DNA of 64,000 nucleotides from Candidatus Microgenomates bacterium (GTDB taxonomy: Bacteria > Patescibacteriota > Microgenomatia > UBA8517 > JACQJR01): the NCBI GenBank assembly GCA_016204995.1, contig JACQJR010000002.1:96551-160550 (forward strand), written 5' to 3'. Positions 29,127 to 37,095 of this stretch are shown piece by piece (position 1 is the stretch's first letter; each line of letters opens with the position of its first letter). The notes beneath the pieces are model-generated. The model was not told the DNA's origin and made no database searches. It saw nothing but the letters and a program-made list of their open reading frames with translations. The position numbers and the translations under genes were made by a program.

Positions 29127-29792
29127 AACAATTTCACCCTTGATGGAAGGACGATTATTAAGATTAGCTAAAACTTCGCTAGCACTACCACGAATGTATT
29201 CTTCATGAATTTTAGTTAATTCACGGACTACAACACAGGCTACATCACCGAAAGTTTCTAAAATGAACTCTAAAGACTTAATTATTCTGTAAGGAGATTC
29301 ATAGACTATCACTGTAGTATCTTTAAGACCTTTTAATTGATTGAAATAGCGCGCCTTCCCTTTTTTAGGTACAAATCCCAAGAAAATAAATTTATCGGTT
29401 GGTAAACCTGAACCGACCAGAGCTGTTACAAAAGCCGCCGACCCCGGCAAAACTTCTACAGCAATATCATGCTCTATACATATTTTAATTAATTGAAAAC
29501 CTGGATCAGAAATTCCCGGCATGCCGGCATCGGTCACGAGTGCTACATCTTCATTTTGCAAATTAGCTAAAATCTGGGGGATTTTTTCTTGCTCGCGGGG
29601 GGCAAAATAGGAAATCAGCTGTTTCTCTTTAATCTGGAAATGGTCTAATAAAATTCTAGTGTGCCTGGTATCCTCGCAGGCAATTACATTAACAGATTTC
29701 AATATCTCAAGGCCACGCAAAGTAATATCGGACAAATTCCCGATTGGTGTTGGCACTACTAATAATTTACCCATACTATAAAGCGGTTTCAA
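29109..29792 (-). CDS. rsmI: 16S rRNA (cytidine1402-2'-O)-methyltransferase RsmI
   Basis: Tetrapyrrole-methylase fold with the RsmI N-terminus (VVPTPIGNLSDITLRGLEIL..IACEDTRHT). Confidence 0.8.
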   Translation of the reverse strand: MKPLYSMGKLLVVPTPIGNLSDITLRGLEILKSVNVIACEDTRHTRILLDHFQIKEKQLISYFAPREQEKIPQILANLQNEDVALVTDAGMPGISDPGFQLIKICIEHDIAVEVLPGSAAFVTALVGSGLPTDKFIFLGFVPKKGKARYFNQLKGLKDTTVIVYESPYRIIKSLEFILETFGDVACVVVRELTKIHEEYIRGSASEVLANLNNRPSIKGEIVLLFRI

Positions 29793-29858
29793 AACCCTTT
29801 ATATAAGCTGCCGTTAAGCCTCAAAACGAGGCCGTAGGCTAAAGTTTTGAAATAGCTT

Positions 29859-30923
29859 CTATCTACTTTTAGTTAAACGTACTTTAGAAAAAAGTTCTGC
29901 ATCTTCTAATAATCTACCACATCCTCTTACTACTGTGGTAAGAGGATCTTTGGCAATATTAACAGGCATTTTGATTGTTTCAGCAAACATTTTATCAATT
30001 CCGGTGGTTAGCGCGCCACCACCAGCTAAATAAATCCCCGACTCGGCTATATCGCTAATTAACTCCGGCGGCGTTTCTTCTAAAATTTCCACAACGTGCG
30101 CCATAATTTGCTGCAGAATCGGCAAAACCGCTTCTCTAACTTCTCCGCCGGAAATTCTAATGCTCCGGGGCAAACCGGTTTCTAAATCCCGCCCCCGCAC
30201 TACTGTTAATTTGTCGCGGCTTTCAGTAATAGCGCTTAAAGTTTCAATTTTTACTGTTTCGCAAGTTACCTCTCCCAATAGCAAAGAATATTTCAAACGA
30301 AAATAACTTTGGATTGCCTGATCCATCCTATCTCCAGCTATTCTCACTGATTTACCCAATACCAACCCACCAAGAGAAATTACCCCAATTTCGGTGGTAC
30401 CGGCGCCAATATCCACAATAAATGATCCGACTGAAGAAGTAATGGGCAATCCTGCTCCGATCGCCGCCGAGAGCGGCTCTTCTACTAAATATGCCTCGCG
30501 GGCGCCGGCTGCTAAAGCCGCTTCTGCCACTGCCCGCCTTTCTACTTCGGTTACCCCGCTGGGAATCCCTACCACTACTTTCGGTTTAGGAATTTTGGGG
30601 ATAACTGTCCCTGATTCATGTACTTTTTTAATAAAGTAAGTCAACATAGATACCGTGGCATCAAAATCGGCAATCACTCCTTCCCGCAACGGCCGAATTG
30701 CTTCAATATTAGGCGGAGTTTTACCCAGCATTCGCCGGGCCGCTACCCCGATTTCTAAGATATCTTTAGTTTTTTTATGGCGCGCTACGACCGATGGTTC
30801 CCGAATTACAATCCCCTTGCCACGCACCAACACCAAGGTGTTAGCCGTCCCTAAATCAATCCCTACATCATGGGAAATCATACCGAAAAGCCTATTTAAC
30901 ATGAGAATGAAATAGCATAACAC
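29859..30923 (-). CDS. mreB: rod shape-determining protein MreB
   Basis: Actin-fold motifs (DLGTANTLV, phosphate-binding loops). Confidence 0.9.
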   Translation of the reverse strand: MLCYFILMLNRLFGMISHDVGIDLGTANTLVLVRGKGIVIREPSVVARHKKTKDILEIGVAARRMLGKTPPNIEAIRPLREGVIADFDATVSMLTYFIKKVHESGTVIPKIPKPKVVVGIPSGVTEVERRAVAEAALAAGAREAYLVEEPLSAAIGAGLPITSSVGSFIVDIGAGTTEIGVISLGGLVLGKSVRIAGDRMDQAIQSYFRLKYSLLLGEVTCETVKIETLSAITESRDKLTVVRGRDLETGLPRSIRISGGEVREAVLPILQQIMAHVVEILEETPPELISDIAESGIYLAGGGALTTGIDKMFAETIKMPVNIAKDPLTTVVRGCGRLLEDAELFSKVRLTKSR

Positions 30924-30987
30924 AGACGAAAAAGAAATTGGAGAGTAAAAGTTGATTTATGGCTAAAATACGTATATAGTATTAACT

Positions 30988-31554
30988 ATGACCACAGAAA
31001 GGGCGCCGGAAAAAGAAACAAGAAGACACCCCCTTTTAATTCCTCATACCTCTACAACTGGCTTTATCAGGGCAGTTAAATTAATCCGTTCCCGCAATCT
31101 TACCCCTTCTTTATTAATTACCGAACAGCTTGATCCCTTTTATATTGAAGATACTTTGGCCGGACTGAATGTTTTGGGCCTGGTAGACGCCAGAGGTTAT
31201 CTGACTGCTGCCGGCAAAGCCATGCGTCAAAAAGATAATTTTAGACCGGTCTTAAAGCAAACGTTAACCAAACGTTTTGGCAGATTAATTACCATCATGG
31301 AAGAGCACGACGACCATCCTGTCCGGGCAGTCAGAACTTATTTAGTTATCAAAGGCGCTGACCATAAAGAAGCGGCCAAAACAGCTAATTTAATAAAAGC
31401 GTTATGGGATCTTGCTTCTCCTAAAAAAATAGACCTCTATTCCCTACCCCTACGATTAGATGTGTCTACTCAAGTATTAACCATGCCGGAAGGTAAACAA
31501 AGAAATCTTTTTCGCAAAATAAAACGAGCCATGGCCCGAGCCCAAAGAGAGTAA
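30988..31554 (+). CDS. hypothetical protein
   Basis: 188-aa ORF, somewhat GC-richer than its neighbours. No domain recognised. Confidence 0.35.
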   Translation: MTTERAPEKETRRHPLLIPHTSTTGFIRAVKLIRSRNLTPSLLITEQLDPFYIEDTLAGLNVLGLVDARGYLTAAGKAMRQKDNFRPVLKQTLTKRFGRLITIMEEHDDHPVRAVRTYLVIKGADHKEAAKTANLIKALWDLASPKKIDLYSLPLRLDVSTQVLTMPEGKQRNLFRKIKRAMARAQRE

Positions 31555-31573
31555 ATCGTGGTATGATAAGTTC

Positions 31574-33637
31574 ATGCCACAAAAACTAATTGCCTTTTTC
31601 TACTACGCTTTGTTTTTCTTTACTCCGCTTTTATTTAATAAAGCCAACTCCGAACTTTTTGAACTGCCAAAAATGTACTTTGTCTGGGTAATTACTATTA
31701 TCATTGTCAGCTTGTGGCTAGTTAGAATAATCGCCGAAAAGCGAGTTATTTTTCAGCGAACATTTTTAGATATTCCTCTAATTTTATATCTAATATTTCA
31801 ATTAATTAGCACCTACTTTTCAATTGATCAATACACTTCTATTTGGGGATATTATTCCAGACTTAACGGCGGATTGATATCAACTATTAGCTATTTACTA
31901 CTTTATTGGGCCTATATTTCAAATTTAACCACCCAAAATACCCTATCTGCTCTTAAATTCCTGTTAATTTCTGGTTTACTAGTAGCTTTATGGGGGATTC
32001 CTAGTCATTTTGGCTATGACCCGAATTGTGTTCTTTTTGGCTACAACCTAACCACCAATTGCTGGAGCACCCAATTTGTACCAACTGAACGCATCTTTTC
32101 CACTTTGGGTCAACCAAATTGGCTGGCCAACTGGCTCGTAGCGCTCATGCCATTAACTTGGGCCATGTTTTTCACCTCTAAGATCAAAAATCTAAAATCT
32201 AAAATCTTTTATCTATATTTAAGTCTTATCCTAATAATAGCTATCATCTTCACCAGAAGTTCCTCCGGTTTTCTGGGATTAGTGGTAGCATTAGTAGTTT
32301 TTACCACCCCGCAAATTCTACACTTATTCAAGAAGGGGAAATTTCTTGTTTGGTTAACAATCTTACCCATTTTAACTATGTCTATATTTTTTGTGCAAAA
32401 ATTACCCAAAGTTGTCAATGGACTAAAATCTTGTACAGAAATTTTGACTTCTGAAGGCGAGTCGCACATTAATAGTAATATTACTCCTTCTAGTGACATC
32501 CGCTGTATTGTCTGGAAGGGTGCTTTTGATATATGGCGGCATTATCCATTAATTGGTAGTGGGCCGGAAACTTTTGCTTATTCCTATTACCAATTCCGTC
32601 CGGCTATCCATAACTTAACCAGCGAATGGGACTTACTTTATAATAAAGCCCATAATGAGTATCTTAATTTCTTGGCTAATAGTGGCCTAGCTGGTTTAAC
32701 AACATATTTAATTTTAATTATTATGGCTTTTTGGCTATTAGGCTCCTCGGCTCTTAGGAAAAACCCAACAGCCCTGCCTGCGCAGGCAGGCCAACGGCCT
32801 AATGCCCTAATAGCCTGGGGTTTACTCGCTGGTTTTGCCAGCCTTCTCGTCACCAACTTTTTCGGCTTTTCCGTCGTTGCCACTCAACTGCAATTTTTCT
32901 TATATCCGGCAATGGTGATAGGGCCACTGGGCTCTTGGGACGCTAGGCAATCGGACAATCAAAGGCCTAACGCCCTTCAAGTCATTTTAATTTTTCTAGT
33001 ATTATTTATTACCATCTTTCTGTTAGTTAAAATCTATCATTATTACCAGGCCGATCTTCATTACAGCCGGGCCCAAACTTTAGAAGATAATCAACAATAT
33101 GTGGATTCATTATCCGAAATTAGAAAAAGTCTCAACCTGCGACCAAATGAGCCATTATATAAAAACGAATTATCAGTTATTCTTTCATCGCTATCATTCT
33201 TAACTGCCAAAACCGATAGTGATCTTAGCGCCCAAATGACCAATATTGCTATCACATCTTCCGATCAAGCGCTAGCAACTTCGCCCTACAATCTTAATTT
33301 TCTCAAAAGTCGGGCCAGTATGTTTATTAAACTCTCCCAGCCGCAAGAGGCGATCAAAACCTTAGAATATGCCCAAAAACTCGTCCCTACCGAGCCCAAG
33401 ATTGCTTATAATCTAGGTCTAACCTATATACAACTGGATCAAAATGATCAAGCCATTCAGGAGTTTAAAAAAGCTACTCAACTTCGCCCCTTATACCGCG
33501 ACGCCTGGTTAGCACTCGGACTGGCCCAGTGGCAAAAAGGTGATAAAACTACCGCCCGCCATACTTTAAATTACATTTTGCAAAATATTGACTCCCAAGA
33601 TAAAGAGGTTCTAGAACAGCTCAAAAAGTGGAAATAA
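31574..33637 (+). CDS. O-antigen ligase (Wzy_C)-like polytopic membrane protein with C-terminal TPR repeats
   Basis: Many TM helices, a large periplasmic loop, C-terminal TPR-like repeats. Contains the in-frame palindrome CCTGCCTGCGCAGGCAGG (LPAQAGQ) and 9-mer repeat inserts. Confidence 0.5.
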   Translation: MPQKLIAFFYYALFFFTPLLFNKANSELFELPKMYFVWVITIIIVSLWLVRIIAEKRVIFQRTFLDIPLILYLIFQLISTYFSIDQYTSIWGYYSRLNGGLISTISYLLLYWAYISNLTTQNTLSALKFLLISGLLVALWGIPSHFGYDPNCVLFGYNLTTNCWSTQFVPTERIFSTLGQPNWLANWLVALMPLTWAMFFTSKIKNLKSKIFYLYLSLILIIAIIFTRSSSGFLGLVVALVVFTTPQILHLFKKGKFLVWLTILPILTMSIFFVQKLPKVVNGLKSCTEILTSEGESHINSNITPSSDIRCIVWKGAFDIWRHYPLIGSGPETFAYSYYQFRPAIHNLTSEWDLLYNKAHNEYLNFLANSGLAGLTTYLILIIMAFWLLGSSALRKNPTALPAQAGQRPNALIAWGLLAGFASLLVTNFFGFSVVATQLQFFLYPAMVIGPLGSWDARQSDNQRPNALQVILIFLVLFITIFLLVKIYHYYQADLHYSRAQTLEDNQQYVDSLSEIRKSLNLRPNEPLYKNELSVILSSLSFLTAKTDSDLSAQMTNIAITSSDQALATSPYNLNFLKSRASMFIKLSQPQEAIKTLEYAQKLVPTEPKIAYNLGLTYIQLDQNDQAIQEFKKATQLRPLYRDAWLALGLAQWQKGDKTTARHTLNYILQNIDSQDKEVLEQLKKWK
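32772..32789. repeat. 18-nt perfect palindrome CCTGCCTGCGCAGGCAGG in-frame in the Wzy-like membrane protein
   Basis: Encodes ALPAQAGQ. Flanked by GGCCTAATGCCCTAATAGCC 9-mer repeats. Confidence 0.6.
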
Positions 33638-33843
33638 TGACAAAAACTTTCCGACCTGCGCTTCGCCGAAGACTCAGGCAAGGCGAGTCGCAAATAAAAT
33701 GTCAAGTCTAAATTAGCTTTTAGACTTAGTTGAATTGTCTTGGTCAAATTATACTACTAGAGGCTTAAGAAGCAAATTTTGCCAAGCCCGCCAAAAGCTA
33801 CGCATTTTTGCGGGTCCGCCATAATACGAAGTTTTAGGCGGAG

Positions 33844-33936
33844 AAAAGGCACCTTGGGGAGATATAAAAAATTTAAATCGCGTTTTGCGACAAATTTATA
33901 TATCACCTTACGGTGCCTTTAAGTATTCAGTTGTGG
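33844..33936 (+). repeat. Element Y copy A (structured repeat AAAAAGGCACC...AAATATCACC..GGTGCCTTT + TATTCAGTTGTGG)
   Basis: Outer stem GGCACC/GGTGCC encloses an internal AT-rich stem and a TCGC-gtttt-GCGA hairpin. About 85% identical to copy E at 58149. Confidence 0.6.
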
Positions 33937-33957
33937 AAAGGTTAGGAAATGGTAACC

Positions 33958-34341
33958 CTAGTTAATGTACGGCCCGAACAGGTCTTTGATTTCCGGAGGA
34001 AGCTCGCAATCGCGCCAGCTGATGATCTGAGGACCGTAAGCCCTATCATGTCCGCAAACAATCCTCTTAGCTCTGCATACTCCAGATTTTACTTCATCCG
34101 GATGACTCCGCCACGTGCGAATTTCCACGAAAACCTGGTCCTGCCACCTGACTCCTAGGTTATGACAAATGGCTCGGATGACACTTTCGGCGGCGTTGGT
34201 GGTATTGGGCGCCTTTCTGGGAGGTGTTAAACCAGTCAGGTAAATTTTATTACCCTCCCGGTAATATGCTGCCGTGCCTTTGCTGCCATGAGGACAGAGG
34301 TAATCTACCTCGGAAAGTTGCCGCAGCATTTGGCCGACCAT
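33958..34341 (-). CDS. N-acetylmuramoyl-L-alanine amidase-like (phage T7-lysozyme-like) fragment, GC-rich
   Basis: About 50% GC versus a ~38% background. Strong RBS GAGGAGG. C-terminal H..(8-9)..C spacing and SWRDCELP resemble the Amidase_2 zinc site, but the N-terminal His region is missing, so it is possibly truncated. Confidence 0.3.
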   Translation of the reverse strand: MVGQMLRQLSEVDYLCPHGSKGTAAYYREGNKIYLTGLTPPRKAPNTTNAAESVIRAICHNLGVRWQDQVFVEIRTWRSHPDEVKSGVCRAKRIVCGHDRAYGPQIISWRDCELPPEIKDLFGPYIN

Positions 34342-34583
34342 GGTTCCTCCTCGTTAGCCCACCAAAAGGGGCTAAAAAAATTTTGACCAGTTAATGTCGC
34401 CCCAGAGAAAGAGAACCGCAATCCCCACTACCGCCAGAAAAAACTCCTTCACCTGCCTTTTCCACAATCTGTTAAAGTGCGCTACTCTAAACAAAAAACA
34501 GGCTTGCCTCGCGCCTGCGTCTATTTATAGTGCTACTACAAGGTAATTGTATCAAAAGCAAAATCAAAAAACAATTTGGCAAA

Positions 34584-34638
34584 GAAAAAGGCACCCCCAA
34601 AATGATTTGCTAAAAGCAAAATCACCTCAAGGGTGCCT
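34584..34638 (+). repeat. Element Y copy B
   Basis: AAAAAGGCACC..TTTGCTaaaAGCAAA hairpin..AAAATCACC..GGTGCC. Lies 3' of minus-strand ORF 34693..35034. Confidence 0.5.
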
Positions 34639-34692
34639 AAATAAGTCCACCTGACGGGAAAAACGAGTCATGCGCGGCTCCTCCTTAGTTTT

Positions 34693-35034
34693 TCAACTCA
34701 ACTTCCGAAGCACCTCCAGTGGAACAGCCTCCTTGCTGCAAGGATACCAGTCAGCCACCCACGGGTATAGATCAAGCGGGGAGTATAACTCCAGGCTTAA
34801 CCTGTTTGCTGCCACTCGCTGTGGTGGTACCTGACCATAGCCAGGAGGAAAATCAACCTCAATAAAGGTTACTTCTCTCCAGTTGAGCTGGGCTACAGAG
34901 CAGATACCTAGGACAATACCCTCTTGGCTCTGGCCGTCACGATGACGAAAGAAAACCAGCTGGTCTGGCCAAATGGTGTACTTGACACCTGCCAGTGGAT
35001 CCCGCTCCGGTAGCGCACGACGACTCCTGGTCAT
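34693..35034 (-). CDS. hypothetical protein (GC-rich, likely foreign)
   Basis: 113-aa ORF with RBS GGAGGG. Higher GC than the host genes. Confidence 0.4.
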   Translation of the reverse strand: MTRSRRALPERDPLAGVKYTIWPDQLVFFRHRDGQSQEGIVLGICSVAQLNWREVTFIEVDFPPGYGQVPPQRVAANRLSLELYSPLDLYPWVADWYPCSKEAVPLEVLRKLS

Positions 35035-35181
35035 TTTTCCCTCCTTCAGGAAAAACTAAAATACTTTTCCGCCAAGTTAAAGAGCAAACAGACCCAAAAA
35101 GGCTTGCTTTGTTGCCTTCGGCTGTTCTTAATTCCTAACCCATAGTTTATCAAACTATAAGCCAAAAAGCAAATTGGCCAA

Positions 35182-35240
35182 GAAAAAGCGCCGGTTGGAT
35201 CAATCTTGCAGATTATGCAAAATATCACCTTCCGGCGCTG
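35182..35240 (+). repeat. Element Y copy G (compensatory variant GCGCCGG/CCGGCGC)
   Basis: Same architecture, but the outer stem changes from GGCACC/GGTGCC to GCGCCGG/CCGGCGC. Inner TTGCA-gatta-TGCAA hairpin and the AAAATATCACC motif are conserved. Confidence 0.5.
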
Positions 35241-35424
35241 TATCCTTGAGACTTAATTGTACGGTGGTAAAACGAGATGCTTCTCCCCCTCCAGTTTCCA
35301 TAGTATTTTGTGGTTCCTCTGGAGATTTGCTAATAGCAAAACCACCAACCAGTTAAGTCTAACTGCCATAACTCCTCCTTTTAATGTTTTCTGATTACCA
35401 CTTGAACTGCGGCCCAGAGAGGTG

Positions 35425-35610
35425 TTACCACCACGACAAAATACTGCCTAGCATAAACAAACCAGTTACCATGAGTAACCCGGACACGATCGCCCCAAGG
35501 GGCCCCCAATTTCGAAGAGCATCGACCAAAAGAAGACCTCCCAGTACCACTAAAACAATAGCCATAGCGGTTACTCCAAAGGGATTCATTTTCTGTTCCT
35601 TCCTGTACAA
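35425..35610 (-). CDS. small membrane protein (GC-rich)
   Basis: 61 aa with 2 TM helices. RBS AGGAAGG. Confidence 0.4.
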   Translation of the reverse strand: MYRKEQKMNPFGVTAMAIVLVVLGGLLLVDALRNWGPLGAIVSGLLMVTGLFMLGSILSWW

Positions 35611-35639
35611 CTAATGTTAAGGTACCGCCCTCCGTAACT

Positions 35640-35700
35640 TAGCTTTCACCTTACCTACTATTCGTAGCGCGACTCAAGCTGCGTTTGCTGACGGGCTATG
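35640..35700 (+). repeat. Element X copy 4 (degenerate) upstream of the DUF3800 gene
   Basis: CTAC-tattc-GTAG hairpin followed by GCGCGACTCAAGCTGCG. Aligns with the X consensus, but the hairpin arms are swapped. Confidence 0.35.
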
Positions 35701-35841
35701 CTTGTTTTAGACCCAAAGATAGATCGGCTTTTGACCTCCTTTAAACCTAAATTATGCTTAATTAGTATTGTACCACTTAACTATGAGATAAGCAAATTTG
35801 AAGTTATTGCAATAAGAGAATAAACGACAGTAAAATTAAAC

Positions 35842-36456
35842 ATGAAATTTGTTATTATTGATGAAAGTGGACGTTTATTTGACCCCAATGATAGATTTCT
35901 AATATTTGCAGCAGTTGTCACTGATACACTTGTTAACCTTGATAAAATCATACCTTCTGTTAAGAAAACACTACCCAGAAAGATAAAAATTGCAGAAATT
36001 AAATTCTCTAAAACTGGAGATAGAACCAGATTGAAAATACTTAAAGAAATTCACAGCAGGAAACTAAAACTATTTATTCTGGTAATTGATAAGGAAGGAC
36101 GAAAAATTAAAGATACTCCTGAAAATTATTCACTGTTAATAGCTACTCTGCTGAAGAAAATTATGAAGCGATACTCTACCACTTCACACATTTTAATAGA
36201 TAAACATTTCACTTGGGTGACTCAAAGAGAGAAATTCAATAAAAATATCCAGAAAATTTTGGCCCGTTCCTTATTTATTGAACATCTTGATAGCCAACAA
36301 AATACCATTGTTTCTTTGCCTGATTTCGTAGCAGGCGCAATCCGTGTTAGTTATACTAAAAACCAAAAATATTTCGCAGAAATAATAAATGATTTAATTG
36401 AAGAACAAATAGTTACAACCTGGAGGAAAATTAAACAAAAAATGGTAAAAGCTTAA
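35842..36456 (+). CDS. DUF3800-family protein
   Basis: N-terminal IIDESG motif and C-terminal SLPDFVAGAIR (DUF3800 'QLADFVAG' signature). AT-rich. Confidence 0.55.
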   Translation: MKFVIIDESGRLFDPNDRFLIFAAVVTDTLVNLDKIIPSVKKTLPRKIKIAEIKFSKTGDRTRLKILKEIHSRKLKLFILVIDKEGRKIKDTPENYSLLIATLLKKIMKRYSTTSHILIDKHFTWVTQREKFNKNIQKILARSLFIEHLDSQQNTIVSLPDFVAGAIRVSYTKNQKYFAEIINDLIEEQIVTTWRKIKQKMVKA

Positions 36457-36550
36457 AGGAGTCCTGAAAAACAGGCGTCCTGCTTTTACCTTAAATATAA
36501 TATACCATTTGTCAATAAGATTTGCAAGTAGGAAAAGCAAATTGGCCAAG

Positions 36551-36620
36551 AAAAAAGGCACCTTGGGGTAGATAAATTAGAGAATAAGTTATCTGTTCTC
36601 GGTTTTCAGTGTTCAGAATT
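36551..36620 (+). repeat. Element Y copy C (partial/degenerate)
   Basis: AAGCAAATTGGCCAAGAAAAAAGGCACCTTGGGGTAGAT 5' part matches copies A and E. The 3' half is degenerate (TTCAGTGTTCAG). Confidence 0.4.
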
Positions 36621-36655
36621 AGGTTTATCAGTAATCAGTTTACCAGTCAGTTATA

Positions 36656-37030
36656 CTAACTAAACTTTTTCCAAGTAGAGTGAAGCTTATTTAGCCTCCG
36701 GGAAAGTACCTTATATCTATCAATTAAGTCATCACAATCCTCTACTTTAATCCGAGTGAATGTTTTAGCTACGATTTTAATCTCCCGCAGATGGGTAATA
36801 ACTTCATCGGAAGAGCCAATGGCCATGGAAAGGAAGCGACAAAATTCGCGTGGAGAAGTTTTCTTACCGAATCCTTCGGCAATTTGAGGTGCAATCTTTT
36901 CCGCGGCTTCATTTAACTGATATCTCAATCTTTTGTAGATCGGTGGTAAGAGATTTGTTAAACTATAAACTGGATCAAGTAATTCTAAAGATAAATTGTA
37001 AACTTCCAAGTCTGTTACATCCTTAATCAT
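36656..37030 (-). CDS. four-helix-bundle protein (TIGR02436 / 23S rRNA intervening-sequence protein family)
   Basis: LEVYNLSLEL..LRYQLNEAAEKIAPQIAEGFGKKTSPREFCRFLSMAIGSSDEV matches the family pattern (QL.RAA.SI..NIAEG..R.S..EF..FL.IA.GS..E). 65 nt downstream of the ATPase, same strand. Confidence 0.65.
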   Translation of the reverse strand: MIKDVTDLEVYNLSLELLDPVYSLTNLLPPIYKRLRYQLNEAAEKIAPQIAEGFGKKTSPREFCRFLSMAIGSSDEVITHLREIKIVAKTFTRIKVEDCDDLIDRYKVLSRRLNKLHSTWKKFS

Positions 37031-37095
37031 ACTGATAAACAGAAAAACTGGTAAACTATTATCTGATAACTGACACCCGAAAACCGATCACTGAC

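Noticed and set aside
33949-34158. Plus-strand ORF 33949..34158 downstream of Element Y copy A
   Set aside because: It is antisense to the better-supported, SD-preceded amidase-like ORF, has no SD of its own, and other Y copies are not followed by ORFs.
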